Source of the DNA: Nibricoccus sp.
Lineage (GTDB): Bacteria; Verrucomicrobiota; Verrucomicrobiia; Opitutales; Opitutaceae
DNA length: 64,000 bases
Assembly: GCA_047602425.1 (NCBI GenBank)
Contig: JASGHG010000001.1
Coordinates: 96,001 to 160,000, forward strand
Reading direction: 5' to 3'
The translations under genes were made by a program, and so were the position numbers. Position 1 is the first letter of the stretch. Every line of letters starts with the position of its first letter. Positions 38,689 to 48,692 of this stretch are shown here, in pieces. The notes below the pieces were generated by a model that made no database searches, had not been told where the DNA came from, and saw only the letters and a list, made by a program, of their open reading frames with translations.

Positions 38689-39060
38689 ATGGCTACATCG
38701 CCAAAGTTCGCCGCTGAACGTTTCAAGAAAATCGACACCGCTTGGGAAACCAATCGCAAGGACAAGAAATTCGCGGGATATTCCCTCACGCAATTCCGGG
38801 TCAAAACCAAGCTCTGTGCCGACCTCCGCACGCGCCTGGAGGCAAACGCGAGCGAGCAAGTCACGCTTCGTGAATTGCGCACCAAGGCCGACAAAGATGC
38901 CTTGGAGGCGATCCGCCTCATCGTGAACGCGGTCAAGGCCGACGAGACCGAGGGCGAAGACGGCGAATTCTACACCGCGCTTGGCTACGTTCGCCGCAGC
39001 GAGCGCAAGTCCGGCCTCAGCCGCAAAGCCAAGGCCGCCGCAACTACCACCAAGGCCTAA
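38689..39060 (+). CDS. Small helical protein with basic tail (123 aa)
   Basis: MATSPKFAAERF...AWE...FAGYSLTQF...YTALGYVRRSERKSGLSRK; host-like GC3-rich codons; AT-rich leader. Confidence 0.8.
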   Translation: MATSPKFAAERFKKIDTAWETNRKDKKFAGYSLTQFRVKTKLCADLRTRLEANASEQVTLRELRTKADKDALEAIRLIVNAVKADETEGEDGEFYTALGYVRRSERKSGLSRKAKAAATTTKA

Positions 39061-39066
39061 CTTACG

Positions 39067-39126
39067 TGGAAGGCGCCGTGCTGTCGGCGCCGGATCGGAA
39101 TGGCGGCCACGGAGGGCCGCCCTCCA
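39067..39126. repeat. Inverted pair of TGGA(A/G)G-footed REP-like palindromes
   Basis: TGGAAGGCGCCGTGCTGTCGGCGCCG (39067-39092) and CGGCCACGGAGGGCCGCCCTCCA (39104-39126; reverse complement starts TGGAGGGCGGCC). Confidence 0.55.
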
Positions 39127-39143
39127 AAATACCACGGATTCCG

Positions 39144-39180
39144 GGGCGCAACCGTCAAAGGCTGCGCCCTGTTTATTTTT
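39144..39180 (+). terminator. Possible intrinsic terminator
   Basis: GGGCGCAACC-gtcaaa-GGCTGCGCCC (one mismatch) followed by TGTTTATTTTT, between convergent genes. Confidence 0.5.
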
Positions 39181-39220
39181 ATGAGCGCCAAAGGTTTCTT
39201 ATGGGCGCGCGGCGAATGAC

Positions 39221-40057
39221 TTAATGCCGCCCACGGGCGGCAACTTCTCCTGGCACACGTTTCAAGTCTTCTGGCGGGACGTCTTCATATTGCTTCGCGT
39301 TGGCCTTGGCTTGGGCTTCCTCCGTAAGAAAACGCCGGCTAAACACCATGGCTTTGTTGGTCGCTCCGGGAACGATCAGCGGATCGCCTTTCATGAGAGC
39401 CTCGTAGCCCGCTGCGGCGACTTCTTGAGGCGCCATGAGATTTCCTTTTTGGAACGCCTTGGTTTCGACCATTCCGGCTTTCGGAAAGAAATCGGTGTCA
39501 ACCGGCCCCGGGCAAAGCGCCGTGAGCGTCACGCCCGTATCTTTCAACTCAATAGCTAACGCTTCTGAAAGAGACAAAACGAAAGCTTTGGTGGCATGAT
39601 AAACGGCCATCGTGGGACCTGCCTGGAAACCGGCGATCGACGCGGTGTTTAACACCCGGCCGCGTTTCCGCGCGATCATGGCGGGAAGCAACAAATGCGT
39701 GAGCCCGACCACCGCCTCCACGTTGACTGCGATCATCGATAACAGTGTCTCCAGCGGGACCTCCCAGAAGTTCCCTTTCTGGCCGAAGCCGGCATTGTTG
39801 ACCAGGATATCGACCTGAAGACCCAACTGGCTCAATTTCTCCACGATTTTAATGGAAGAATCCGGGGTGGAAAGATCTGCCGATAGGTAGCGAACTTCGA
39901 TTTTATATTTCGATTCGAGATCGCTGGCTATGGTTTTTAGTTCAGCTTCGACGGGGGCAACGAGGACAAGCGAGTGTCCGTTTTTGGCGAAGACTCGCGC
40001 CAATTCGAGACCGATGCCGCTCGTGGCACCTGTAATGAGAACGTTTTCTTTAGTCAT
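39221..40057 (-). CDS. Short-chain dehydrogenase/reductase (SDR)
   Basis: LITGATSGIG, LVNNAGFG, YHATK (YxxxK), LCPGPVDTDF. Confidence 0.92.
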   Translation of the reverse strand: MTKENVLITGATSGIGLELARVFAKNGHSLVLVAPVEAELKTIASDLESKYKIEVRYLSADLSTPDSSIKIVEKLSQLGLQVDILVNNAGFGQKGNFWEVPLETLLSMIAVNVEAVVGLTHLLLPAMIARKRGRVLNTASIAGFQAGPTMAVYHATKAFVLSLSEALAIELKDTGVTLTALCPGPVDTDFFPKAGMVETKAFQKGNLMAPQEVAAAGYEALMKGDPLIVPGATNKAMVFSRRFLTEEAQAKANAKQYEDVPPEDLKRVPGEVAARGRH

Positions 40058-40645
40058 AAAATTTGGAGCAAGCGATGCGCGGGGAGTGACAGAGATATTG
40101 CGTCGCTGCGTGCACCCGCCCGCCCCTCGGCCAATCGATGCCGAGTGCATCCACCGCAATCATGTCGGAGCAAAATTCCACGCCTCAGTATCGCGCGACC
40201 GTGAAATTCTGAAATGGGGCACCCTGCCCTATCCAGAGCCGAGCGATCGCCCAGTACAGCGTCGGAGTTCTCCCGGTGGAGAGGCGTGGCCCGGTCGCAA
40301 AGGCGCTAGGCGACAATCTGCGTATCAGTGGCGGCAGAAGGCGCCTATCAGCTTTGCCATGCAGTCCTTCACTTTTTCGCTGCAAGGTAATAACGACCCA
40401 TTAGTTCGTCTGCCGGTGACGCCCGCGTATGAGCTCATCAAACACGGGCGGCCTGACGATCCGTCTCCACCCAGTCAATATCGGCATGGACCGGAGCGGC
40501 GGAGACGGCGGTGCTGTTCTCAGCAAACCGATCTCGAGCGCAATCTCAACTGCGCCTTTTTGTTTTTATCGATCTGGTCTCCTCCATCTTTAGAAATGAC
40601 GTCGCTGCCAAGATGGAATAAAGTTCGAAGAAAATGGCTTCAGTT

Positions 40646-41884
40646 TCAAGGCTCCTGAGTCATCACACAGGTCCAGTCGATAGGCTCTGTGTAGCGTATA
40701 TATCGGTAACACGCGTGGACGTCGTCCTTAATGCCTTCGACCGGCCATCCAGAAAAATCAATTCCATGCAATTTATAGTCAATCGTAAGGGAATCGATGC
40801 AAATAAAGGAACTACAGCTGTCGTCGTAACCGATCAGGCATACTGCATGCCCAATGGTGGTGTAAGTAACATAAGGATCGTAACTATAAAATCCGATAGG
40901 ATTGTACCAAGTGCCGCCATGCCAAACCCAATGCCAGTCCACGCCTGATGGTACACTAACATTAATACCAATCACCACTGGGTTCCCGTCTTCGAGAGCC
41001 AGCTTGGTCTGTTCAACATTATTATTTGTGTAGTACCACGAAAACCCGGGAACACGGTTATTCGTCGCACTCGCACGCTGAGCGTCGGTCGGCTGCGGAT
41101 TGGGGTTTCGCGATGGGTCGGCAGTTACGTTATAAGGCATTTCGCTTAGCGTGGCGCATCCTTGATCTCTAAGAACGACTAATGCGTCCTGAATGTTCAT
41201 CAGGCCACCATTAGGGCAAAACTGGTTGTAGATATATGCAGGACTCAGTTGTACGCTCGGATCATTGACGTTGGTCAGCCCTCTTTTCTTGGCCAACTGG
41301 TACGTTCTGGCCACAGTAACAGCCCAAGGAACACAACTCGCCTGCCAATTCCCTTGGTCCTTCGGGGAAGGAAAATAACGACTTAGATTCAGTCGTTTAT
41401 AAAGGAGTTCTCCGATGTAGGAGACAACTTGGCAATAGTTCGAGGATGAATTGCTGTAAAATTGGCATCCGCCGTAATCAAGACATCCGCCGCCGGTAGC
41501 GTATTCCTGATCGAGATCGGGGCAGAAAATGCTCATGCTATATTGCCTGCCTTCGGGTAAGCCGCTGAACCCCATTTCCATTCCGCCGACAATTGTCCCG
41601 CCATTAATTTTTACTCCTGGAGCCGGATGAGTAATAGGAATAAAGAAATACCCACCGGAAGGTTGGTACATGAAATAGCCGCCAGCTACCAATTCACCCG
41701 AACCGGTATCGACGATCGAAACCATACAATCGGCATTTCCCGACATAATCGCGACAACAAATTGATCTTGAGCGTATACATTACAATCAGGCTCCGCCGC
41801 ATTGAGATCTAGATTCCATGCCCAGACAGGGCATGCAGTCATGCTAAGCATTGCTGCAATTATTGCTTTAATAAGTATTTTCAT
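40646..41884 (-). CDS. Secreted papain-like (C1A-type) cysteine peptidase, atypical C-terminus
   Basis: Signal peptide; PKDQGNWQASCVPWA (oxyanion Gln, catalytic Cys), LSPAYIYNQ, GHAVCLIGYDD (catalytic His); IDSL where NSWG is expected. Confidence 0.78.
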   Translation of the reverse strand: MKILIKAIIAAMLSMTACPVWAWNLDLNAAEPDCNVYAQDQFVVAIMSGNADCMVSIVDTGSGELVAGGYFMYQPSGGYFFIPITHPAPGVKINGGTIVGGMEMGFSGLPEGRQYSMSIFCPDLDQEYATGGGCLDYGGCQFYSNSSSNYCQVVSYIGELLYKRLNLSRYFPSPKDQGNWQASCVPWAVTVARTYQLAKKRGLTNVNDPSVQLSPAYIYNQFCPNGGLMNIQDALVVLRDQGCATLSEMPYNVTADPSRNPNPQPTDAQRASATNNRVPGFSWYYTNNNVEQTKLALEDGNPVVIGINVSVPSGVDWHWVWHGGTWYNPIGFYSYDPYVTYTTIGHAVCLIGYDDSCSSFICIDSLTIDYKLHGIDFSGWPVEGIKDDVHACYRYIRYTEPIDWTCVMTQEP

Positions 41885-42270
41885 AGGGGTAAATGTATTC
41901 GACGCGCTTGAACGACGTAGCGGAGAGAGATCCCAAACCGATTACCGCAGTACGTGCAACCAAATCGCACCCGTCAAGGTGATTCATAAAAATCCTAGCG
42001 CTCGGTTAGCATCACAACCTTTAGAATGCGGTAATTGCGGCTCAAGGCCAAAGTGTTGTTGATTTGGCCGGCCGCAGCCATTGTTGACTTGTCTCACTCA
42101 CCTAATACTGGGGAGCAAGCCAAGCTTATGGAACGCCCCCGCTTGCCGTGTTAAAAAAAGAAGTCCCCACCCCTTCATCCAAGTCACCTTTGAACCGCCG
42201 ATTTATCTATACAAAAAACGTAGCCCTCCATTGCGGAGGACTACGTTACATCACGATACCCGAAAAAAAT

Positions 42271-43401
42271 TTACTGCGCGATGGGCGTGAGCAGGAAGGC
42301 GTGCGATACGCCGTTGCGAAATCCGGTGCAGGCGATCTGGCCGGCGTTGTTGATGCCCGCGACGGTGATCAGGACCCAGCCAGGATTGCTCGCCGAATCA
42401 ATTAACGTCTCCAAATCGTAGGCGACTCCGTCGATCCAGATCACGATGCTATAGCTGCCGTCGGCCGCCGTGCTGCGGCCGAGGATTTGGCCGAGATTGT
42501 TGATGGCGGAGGCGGTGGAATTGACGTCACCCGCGAGTGCCGGCAGGGCCACCGGCGTGTGCGCCGCGTCGTTCTGCCAGAGCACGGCGCGATCCCCGGC
42601 GGGCGAGTGGCTCTCGCCGACCACCTGGCCAAGATCGTTCATGCCCCAGGCTAGGCTCGACCAGTCGCCGGGCAGAGTGCCGAGATCGACGATGCTGTGC
42701 GCGTCATCGTTGTTCCAAAAGGCGCCGTGCTGGCCGATAACGTCGTTGGCGACCCAACCAGCGGCTTGGCCCAGGTTGTTGAACGTCCACGGAATCGCGT
42801 TGGCTCCAGCGGGATTGATGCCCGGGATCGACGGCAGGTCGATGGTGGTGAATTTCCTGGGGTCTTTTGGATCGGGCATCCACAGCGCGCCGCGCCACGA
42901 GGACGTGTTGCCGGAAAGGCTCTTGGTGTAATAGCCGCAGATGACGCCGCTATTGTTGATCGCGATGGCATGCGTGTTGCCGCCGTTGTTGGGGAAGAAA
43001 TTGACGAGGCCTTTCGCCGTGGCGACCCAGGCCTGCGGGCGAAAATTGCCGGTGTCGCCATCGCCCACGACCGTGCCCGCGAGGTTGATCGCGGTCGCGA
43101 CACTGTAGTTGCCCTTGGGCAGCCGGCCGGTATCGGTCATCTTGCCAGCGCGCCAGACAAAACCCGTTTCGCCAAAGCTGGTGTTGGCGGACGAGCAACT
43201 GCCCACGACATCGCCCCGATCGTTCAACCCGCGTGCGACGCTGTCCGAATAGCCAGCCAGCGAGCCCAGATCCGTGACGGTGTAGCGAGGTTGCGCTTGA
43301 GCGATCGAGCCAAGGAGGAGAACGGCGGCGCCTGCAACAACTGCGCTCCGCACCGAACGGACAAGGCCAGCGAAGGCCGAGGTAATATCGTAGTGATTCA
43401 T
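42271..43401 (-). CDS. Secreted HAF-repeat (probable extracellular repeat) protein
   Basis: VTDLGSL, A.GLND.G.VVG repeats, DLGTLPG, C-terminal HAFLLTP; signal peptide. Confidence 0.85.
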   Translation of the reverse strand: MNHYDITSAFAGLVRSVRSAVVAGAAVLLLGSIAQAQPRYTVTDLGSLAGYSDSVARGLNDRGDVVGSCSSANTSFGETGFVWRAGKMTDTGRLPKGNYSVATAINLAGTVVGDGDTGNFRPQAWVATAKGLVNFFPNNGGNTHAIAINNSGVICGYYTKSLSGNTSSWRGALWMPDPKDPRKFTTIDLPSIPGINPAGANAIPWTFNNLGQAAGWVANDVIGQHGAFWNNDDAHSIVDLGTLPGDWSSLAWGMNDLGQVVGESHSPAGDRAVLWQNDAAHTPVALPALAGDVNSTASAINNLGQILGRSTAADGSYSIVIWIDGVAYDLETLIDSASNPGWVLITVAGINNAGQIACTGFRNGVSHAFLLTPIAQ

Positions 43402-43488
43402 GGTAGGATGACTTTGAAGGTTTTTGACGACCCGGGGCCGTCGATGAACCCAGTTGATGCCGACCCGTGCTTCACCGGCAAAAACTCA

Positions 43489-43509
43489 GCGGTAACAATG
43501 TGGATACAT
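43489..43509 (-). promoter_or_regulatory. Putative response-regulator binding site, copy 1
   Basis: Minus strand ATGTATCCACATTGTTACCGC, 88 bp upstream of the HAF gene; 19/21 identical to 48782-48802. Confidence 0.65.
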
Positions 43510-43526
43510 GGCGCGCGGTTCGTGCG

Positions 43527-43561
43527 AAGGATCAAGTGTCAAGGGGCAAGGACCAAGTGGA
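43527..43561 (+). repeat. Intergenic AAG-heptamer tandem repeat
   Basis: AAGGATC AAGTGTC AAGGGGC AAGGACC AAGTGGA; shares CAAGGACCAAGTG with the run in the helicase. Confidence 0.6.
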
Positions 43562-43700
43562 AGCCAGCAGGGGCGCAATGTTGTTGCGGCCGGTATGGGT
43601 TCGCCACGGGGAAGGTGCGACAAGACTGGGACTCTATACCGATGTTATTCAGTTCGGCTATACGGCGCGTCGCCCTCCAAATAAAACCCACCAATAGGCG

Positions 43701-44906
43701 CTAAAACCGTGCAGTCAGTTGGGCGGCGTAATTTACCTGTTTGGCTCCGCCGACCTGACGCTCCCAGCTGACTTGCAGCTTGCATTGCACGTTCGCGGAA
43801 AGCCGGCAGCCGCCAACCAAGTCAAATCGGGAATCGTCGCGCGCCCAGGGCACTCTCCTACCCTCGAAGTCGATGGAAGAGAAGGTTTGCCGGTTGAGGC
43901 GAAGCCCGCCGTAGAACGCAGGCGTGAATTTGTATTTCGTCTCAATATAGCCGGCGCGCGTGGCCACTGTTCCGATGCCTGGCACATCAAAGCGGGACTC
44001 GAATACCTCGCTCCATACCTGCAAGTGATGCCACGCAAATTCCGCATCGGCTCCGAAAAGCCGCTGGCGGTAATCGCGCCGGCTTTTCCCCGGCGGGAAA
44101 GTCGATGAGGCCGCAGGCAGCATATACGCGCCGTCGCTTCCGGAGAGGCCGAGATTCCAACGCATGTTCGGACGGAAGCCTACACGGGCCGCCGTCGTGG
44201 GAGCGCTGAAACCGGTTTTGCCGATGGACCATGATTCGGGCATCGATGAAGGGGCGGTGTTTTTCACCTCGCAGGCATAATCGAACTTCCCAATGGCGCC
44301 GCCAATCGCGACGCCGCTCGAATAAGCCGGTCCCCAGACGATCGGCACGTATTCGTACTTTTCGTCTGGTTCGGGATTCAAAAACGTTTCCACGTCCTTC
44401 GGCGCCGAAAGATCGCAAATCGGCGTGACGTACTCGTAAGGCAGCGGTGCGCCGATAAAGGGATTTTCCCACGAGCCATGACGGCGCGTCCAATTGCCGA
44501 TCACTGTGCTGAACTGGCCGGCTTGCACGTAGAGCGTGCCATCGTGCAAGGGGCGATAGCGGAGCATATATTCGTCCAGCCGCAAGTGCTTCGTCTCCGC
44601 GTTGGGATCAAAGCCGTTGTCGGCGCGCACTTGCGCGAAGCCGTAAAGATCGGCGCCCCAGCGCGCATCGAGAAACAGCGTCAACCTCGGATTGAAGAGA
44701 TCTTTTTTGTCGGTAAAGAGTAGTCCGGGGGCGGGCAGTTCCACGTGGTACCACTCGAGGTCCGCCGTTCCGCTCAGCTTTGCGCGAAAAGTATTTTGCG
44801 CCGCCGAGAACGTCAGCGCGCGGTCAACGGATTCAAAAACGTCTCCCGCAGCGAACGCTGTGATGGAAAGGAAGAGAAGGCCAAAAAGAAAAGGGGTAAG
44901 ACGCAT
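43701..44906 (-). CDS. Putative outer-membrane beta-barrel protein
   Basis: Signal peptide, amphipathic aromatic strands, C-terminal YAAQLTARF (BAM-type terminal Phe). Confidence 0.7.
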   Translation of the reverse strand: MRLTPFLFGLLFLSITAFAAGDVFESVDRALTFSAAQNTFRAKLSGTADLEWYHVELPAPGLLFTDKKDLFNPRLTLFLDARWGADLYGFAQVRADNGFDPNAETKHLRLDEYMLRYRPLHDGTLYVQAGQFSTVIGNWTRRHGSWENPFIGAPLPYEYVTPICDLSAPKDVETFLNPEPDEKYEYVPIVWGPAYSSGVAIGGAIGKFDYACEVKNTAPSSMPESWSIGKTGFSAPTTAARVGFRPNMRWNLGLSGSDGAYMLPAASSTFPPGKSRRDYRQRLFGADAEFAWHHLQVWSEVFESRFDVPGIGTVATRAGYIETKYKFTPAFYGGLRLNRQTFSSIDFEGRRVPWARDDSRFDLVGGCRLSANVQCKLQVSWERQVGGAKQVNYAAQLTARF

Positions 44907-44912
44907 CCGAAG

Positions 44913-46652
44913 CTAGATCTCTTGCCCCTGGTCAGATGCAGTCGCAACGCGAAAACTCACTTCAAATTCCGTCCAGTCATCAGCGGAGCGCACCAACCGC
45001 ACGTCGCCGCCGTGCAGTTGCGCCAGTTCGCGCGCGAGATTCAAACCGAGACCGTGCCCCGGAATGTCGCCCGCTACCCCCGCCCGGTGAAAGCGCTCAA
45101 AAACGTGCGTCTGCGCCTCCGGCGGAATCGTGCGGCCGTTGTTTCCTATGCGCAGTCGCACAAAATTCCCTTCAGGCCGCGCAGTAACTTTGACTATACC
45201 GTTTGGACGATTGTAGCGACGCGCATTTTCCAGAAGATTTGCGAGAATGTGCGAAACGTAACGCCGCTCGCCTTGGATAAATAAATTGGGCGGCAGTTCG
45301 TTGACGATCCCGACCGCCGGGATGTCCGACAACTCGCTGAGTCCGTCGATCCACGAGGCGACCATGTGCGACAGATCGATGGCGGTGAAATCGATGCTGA
45401 GCCGCCCCGCGTCCATGCGTGAGAGCAGGAGCAGATCCTCGATCATGCCGGTGAAACGATAAGTCTCGTTGAGCAGCGTCGAGATTTCCTCGCGCACCGG
45501 CTCCGTGAGATCGTCGCGGGCCAGCAATTCCTGAAGGCCGGCGCGCAACACCGCGACAGGGGTTTTCAACTGATGCGAAGCGTCCGCGGAAAAACGCGCC
45601 GCGCGCCGCAATTCCACCTGGGTCGAGCGCAGCGATTCCTCGGCGCGCTGCCGGCCTTCGGCGTTGAGCTTGGAGTCGACTTCGAGTTTCTCGACCGGCC
45701 GGGAAAAACGGCGGGCCAGCGCATGGCTCGAAAACAAACCAAGCAACAGAAGTAAGCCCCCTGCGCTCCAAATCCGCAGACGCAACTCGCGCCGCCGCGT
45801 GAGACTTTCGTTGAGCGAATAGAGCGAGAGCTCGTAAGCGGCCGGATACATCGACGCTGCGTTGAGGCGCTGGCAGAACAAAAGATGCGGGATGCCACCG
45901 ATGGTCGTCGTCGTTTTGTAGTCCACGCTTTGAGAGGCCAGTTGTCCGTCCAAAAGTGTCTTCAACGAAGACCGTGAATGATCGTCGAGGCCCGCGACGC
46001 AAACCTGTCCATTGATCCAATACCCACGCAGGAGCGAACGTTGCGCCTCGTTTTTCGTGGTGAAACTGGCCGTGAAACCGACCACCAGTGCCGCAATCGG
46101 CCGCGCCGTCGCGGTCGAGCGTATGGGCGTGGCGATGATTTCGATTACGTTTCCCGCCGCGTCGCGCTCCAGATAACCGAGCTGCGGTTCCGTCGGCACA
46201 CCTGGAAGGGAAATTCGCGCCACCTCGTTTTCCGTGAGTTCGCCAATTCCGCGCGAGCTGGGCGCGGCAATCACCGCGCCTCGGGCATCAAGAAAACGAT
46301 AGAAGATCGCCGGTCCGAGCTTGGCGTTTTCTACGTCAGCCCCCGACTCCATCAAATCGGCCAGTTCCTCGCGCGCACTGACGTAGAGGAGATCGAGCGC
46401 GTCATCTTCGATTGCGGCGTGAATGCGCGATTTTCGGACCAGGGCCAGGCACCGGCGGGTCAATGCAGCGATTCTCGTTTCGCGCGCCACTTCCAAACCT
46501 TTTATTTCCGACAAAAATCTTCCATGAAGCGCGCGTTCGGTTTCAGCCGCAGCGCCACGTTCCGCGATGTAGCTTCCCGCGGCCGTGAGCACCACCACCA
46601 CGGCCATCATCGCCGCGGCCAGTTTGATTCTAAAACCACTCAATCGCCCCAT
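44913..46652 (-). CDS. Membrane sensor histidine kinase
   Basis: Two TM segments around a large periplasmic region; H-box FSADASHQLKTP, NLLENARRYN, VFERFHR, GHGLGL. Confidence 0.9.
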   Translation of the reverse strand: MGRLSGFRIKLAAAMMAVVVVLTAAGSYIAERGAAAETERALHGRFLSEIKGLEVARETRIAALTRRCLALVRKSRIHAAIEDDALDLLYVSAREELADLMESGADVENAKLGPAIFYRFLDARGAVIAAPSSRGIGELTENEVARISLPGVPTEPQLGYLERDAAGNVIEIIATPIRSTATARPIAALVVGFTASFTTKNEAQRSLLRGYWINGQVCVAGLDDHSRSSLKTLLDGQLASQSVDYKTTTTIGGIPHLLFCQRLNAASMYPAAYELSLYSLNESLTRRRELRLRIWSAGGLLLLLGLFSSHALARRFSRPVEKLEVDSKLNAEGRQRAEESLRSTQVELRRAARFSADASHQLKTPVAVLRAGLQELLARDDLTEPVREEISTLLNETYRFTGMIEDLLLLSRMDAGRLSIDFTAIDLSHMVASWIDGLSELSDIPAVGIVNELPPNLFIQGERRYVSHILANLLENARRYNRPNGIVKVTARPEGNFVRLRIGNNGRTIPPEAQTHVFERFHRAGVAGDIPGHGLGLNLARELAQLHGGDVRLVRSADDWTEFEVSFRVATASDQGQEI

Positions 46653-46671
46653 TTTGGAATAGAGCGGCAGG

Positions 46672-47313
46672 TTATTGGAACTCCGCGCGCACCGTCGTGC
46701 CTTCAACCAAGTCCACTTCCTGAGTCTTGGTGGTTTCGCTGTCGATCCAGGCTTTCAAGACGTAGTGGCCGGTTGGAAGTCCGGTCAGCCGAAATTCGCC
46801 TTTGGGATCCGTGAGCACAAAGTGCGGCGTGTCCAGAACGAGGATCAGACCGCGCATGTGCTCGTGAATATCGCAACGCACCGTAACCAGTCCGGGCCGG
46901 TCAAAAACCTGAAAGGGTACAGGCTTTTCTCCCGGTTGATATCGCCCGAGATCAAAACGTTTCGGCTTCGAATAGGAAAAAACACTGTGGTACACGTCGT
47001 CCAGGTTCGGAAATTCCACCTTCGTGCCCGTCTGAATAGGCAAAAGCGCCGGGACAAAGGTCAGGTCTTTTTGGACCAATTTGACTGTTGCGGGCTCGGC
47101 AGGCCGGGCGAACTTTCCTTCCAAATAAATCACGGCGAGCGGCGGATTGGTCGCCATCACACCGTTCGAAGTGACGATCGCATATCGTTCCGTCACCATC
47201 GGCGCACTCGTCGCCTTGGGCAATTGCACGCGACCCTCGACTTCCGCGCCCCGCGTCACCAACGAACCAACAGCGCAGCTCAGACAAAAAAGAAATAAAC
47301 GAAGTGTGTTCAT
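46672..47313 (-). CDS. Secreted cupredoxin-like protein with carboxypeptidase-regulatory-like domain
   Basis: Signal peptide; FPNLDDVYHSVFS, FDLGRY, CDIHEHM (type-1 copper-like His/Cys/His/Met); TDPKGEFRLTGLPTGHY. Confidence 0.8.
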   Translation of the reverse strand: MNTLRLFLFCLSCAVGSLVTRGAEVEGRVQLPKATSAPMVTERYAIVTSNGVMATNPPLAVIYLEGKFARPAEPATVKLVQKDLTFVPALLPIQTGTKVEFPNLDDVYHSVFSYSKPKRFDLGRYQPGEKPVPFQVFDRPGLVTVRCDIHEHMRGLILVLDTPHFVLTDPKGEFRLTGLPTGHYVLKAWIDSETTKTQEVDLVEGTTVRAEFQ

Positions 47314-48005
47314 CAGGCGTTCGAGTTCTGAGGTTGATCGCTCACCGTGTATCCCACCAAGCGAAGCGTGTGGATCAGCGGGGTGGGAAAACCATCGTCC
47401 ACCTTCCGACGCAATCGCGCGATGAACATTTCCACCGTGCGCGAATCGTAGGTGTGCTCGCGCTGCCAAACGCGGTCGAAGATTTCGGTTCGCGAAAAAA
47501 TCCTGCCCGGCTCCTGCAGGAGCAATTGCAGCACGTCGAATTCGCGGGGCGAGAGCGACACGACCTGGCCGCCGCGCGTCACGCGTCGTTGCTGGACGTT
47601 CATGTGCAGGTCGGCGATTTGCAGGCTTCCGACCTCGCTCGTCGGCGTGCCCCGGCGGCCCAGTGCTTCCACGCGCGCGATCAATTCGTCCATATCGAAT
47701 GGTTTGGTAAGATAGTCGTCCGCGCCGCCCTTGAGACCGCGCAGACGATCTTCTTTTTCGCCACGCGCCGTCAGCATCAACACGCGTGTCGCCGGCGTGG
47801 TTTTGCGCACCTGGCTCAGAATTTGAAAACCATCCATGGTCGGCAAATTGATATCGAGCACGATCAGGTCCGGCGGATGATTGAGCGCTTCCTGGAGGCC
47901 CGCGCCGCCATCGTTTTTCACCTCAGCCGAATGGCCGTGGCGCACGAGAGCCGCCTTGATGTGGCGGGCCAGCTGCGGCTCATCTTCGATGATTAAAGTA
48001 CGCAT
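47313..48005 (-). CDS. OmpR-family two-component response regulator
   Basis: IIEDE, VLDINLP, MLTAR, GADDYLTKPF, LSPREF, LRRKV, HTLRLVGY; TGATG-coupled to the cupredoxin gene. Confidence 0.93.
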   Translation of the reverse strand: MRTLIIEDEPQLARHIKAALVRHGHSAEVKNDGGAGLQEALNHPPDLIVLDINLPTMDGFQILSQVRKTTPATRVLMLTARGEKEDRLRGLKGGADDYLTKPFDMDELIARVEALGRRGTPTSEVGSLQIADLHMNVQQRRVTRGGQVVSLSPREFDVLQLLLQEPGRIFSRTEIFDRVWQREHTYDSRTVEMFIARLRRKVDDGFPTPLIHTLRLVGYTVSDQPQNSNA

Positions 48006-48131
48006 GGGAGGGCTTTCAGAAAAGTCTCGGGGAATTTGGCGACAACAGACGCTGACCGGAAACCGTTTTTGCGGCAAGTCCCGCGAAATCGAAATTCCGC
48101 GAGACGTCACCGCGATGTTGACGAAGGCCGG

Positions 48132-48692
48132 TCAGTTCCCGGAAGAGATCACGTTGCCCGAGCTATCGCAGACTTTGACCGAAGTGATCGTCGTGCCCGG
48201 CGTGACGTAAACGCTGTAGGTCGAGAGGCCGTAGCCACCGACGATGTAAACCGCGTTCGACGTGAACGGATAAAGCGTTCCGCCCGTGCCCGACACGTTC
48301 AGATAAAGCAGGCTGCCATCCGGCGCATTTACAGAAGATACTTCAACATTCACGGTCATCAACGACAGCGTCGGATAATAGGGATCGATTCGATACGAAC
48401 CCGTGCAAACAGGATCCACGCCATTGACCGGACTCACCGGAGTGAACGTGAGGGTTTGCGACACGCCCGGAGCGGGCGCTGGCGTCGGGGAAACAATGAC
48501 CGGCGATGAACTATCTTTGCCACCGCCACCCTTTCCACCGCCGCCACCACCGCTGTTGGTCGATCCGTTGCTGGTGCCGGGAATGGGATCGGTCGCGCCG
48601 TACTTGGCGTGAGCTGGGACGGTGAACACTAGAGCCAGAGCGAAGCTCATCGCCGCGGCGCTTAACGAGAAGGATTTAGAGGATGCTTTCAC
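48132..48692 (-). CDS. Secreted hypothetical protein with Gly-rich/Pro-rich linker
   Basis: GTG start after AAGG; signal peptide ending PAHA; GGGGGGKGGGGK linker; small C-terminal beta domain. Confidence 0.7.
   Translation of the reverse strand: MKASSKSFSLSAAAMSFALALVFTVPAHAKYGATDPIPGTSNGSTNSGGGGGGKGGGGKDSSSPVIVSPTPAPAPGVSQTLTFTPVSPVNGVDPVCTGSYRIDPYYPTLSLMTVNVEVSSVNAPDGSLLYLNVSGTGGTLYPFTSNAVYIVGGYGLSTYSVYVTPGTTITSVKVCDSSGNVISSGN

Noticed and set aside
40060..40640. Gene in the gap between the SDR and the peptidase (includes AYQWRQKAPIS, resembling an Ig-domain strand)
   Set aside because: The similarity is only a few residues and the ORFs look non-coding; at most a remnant.
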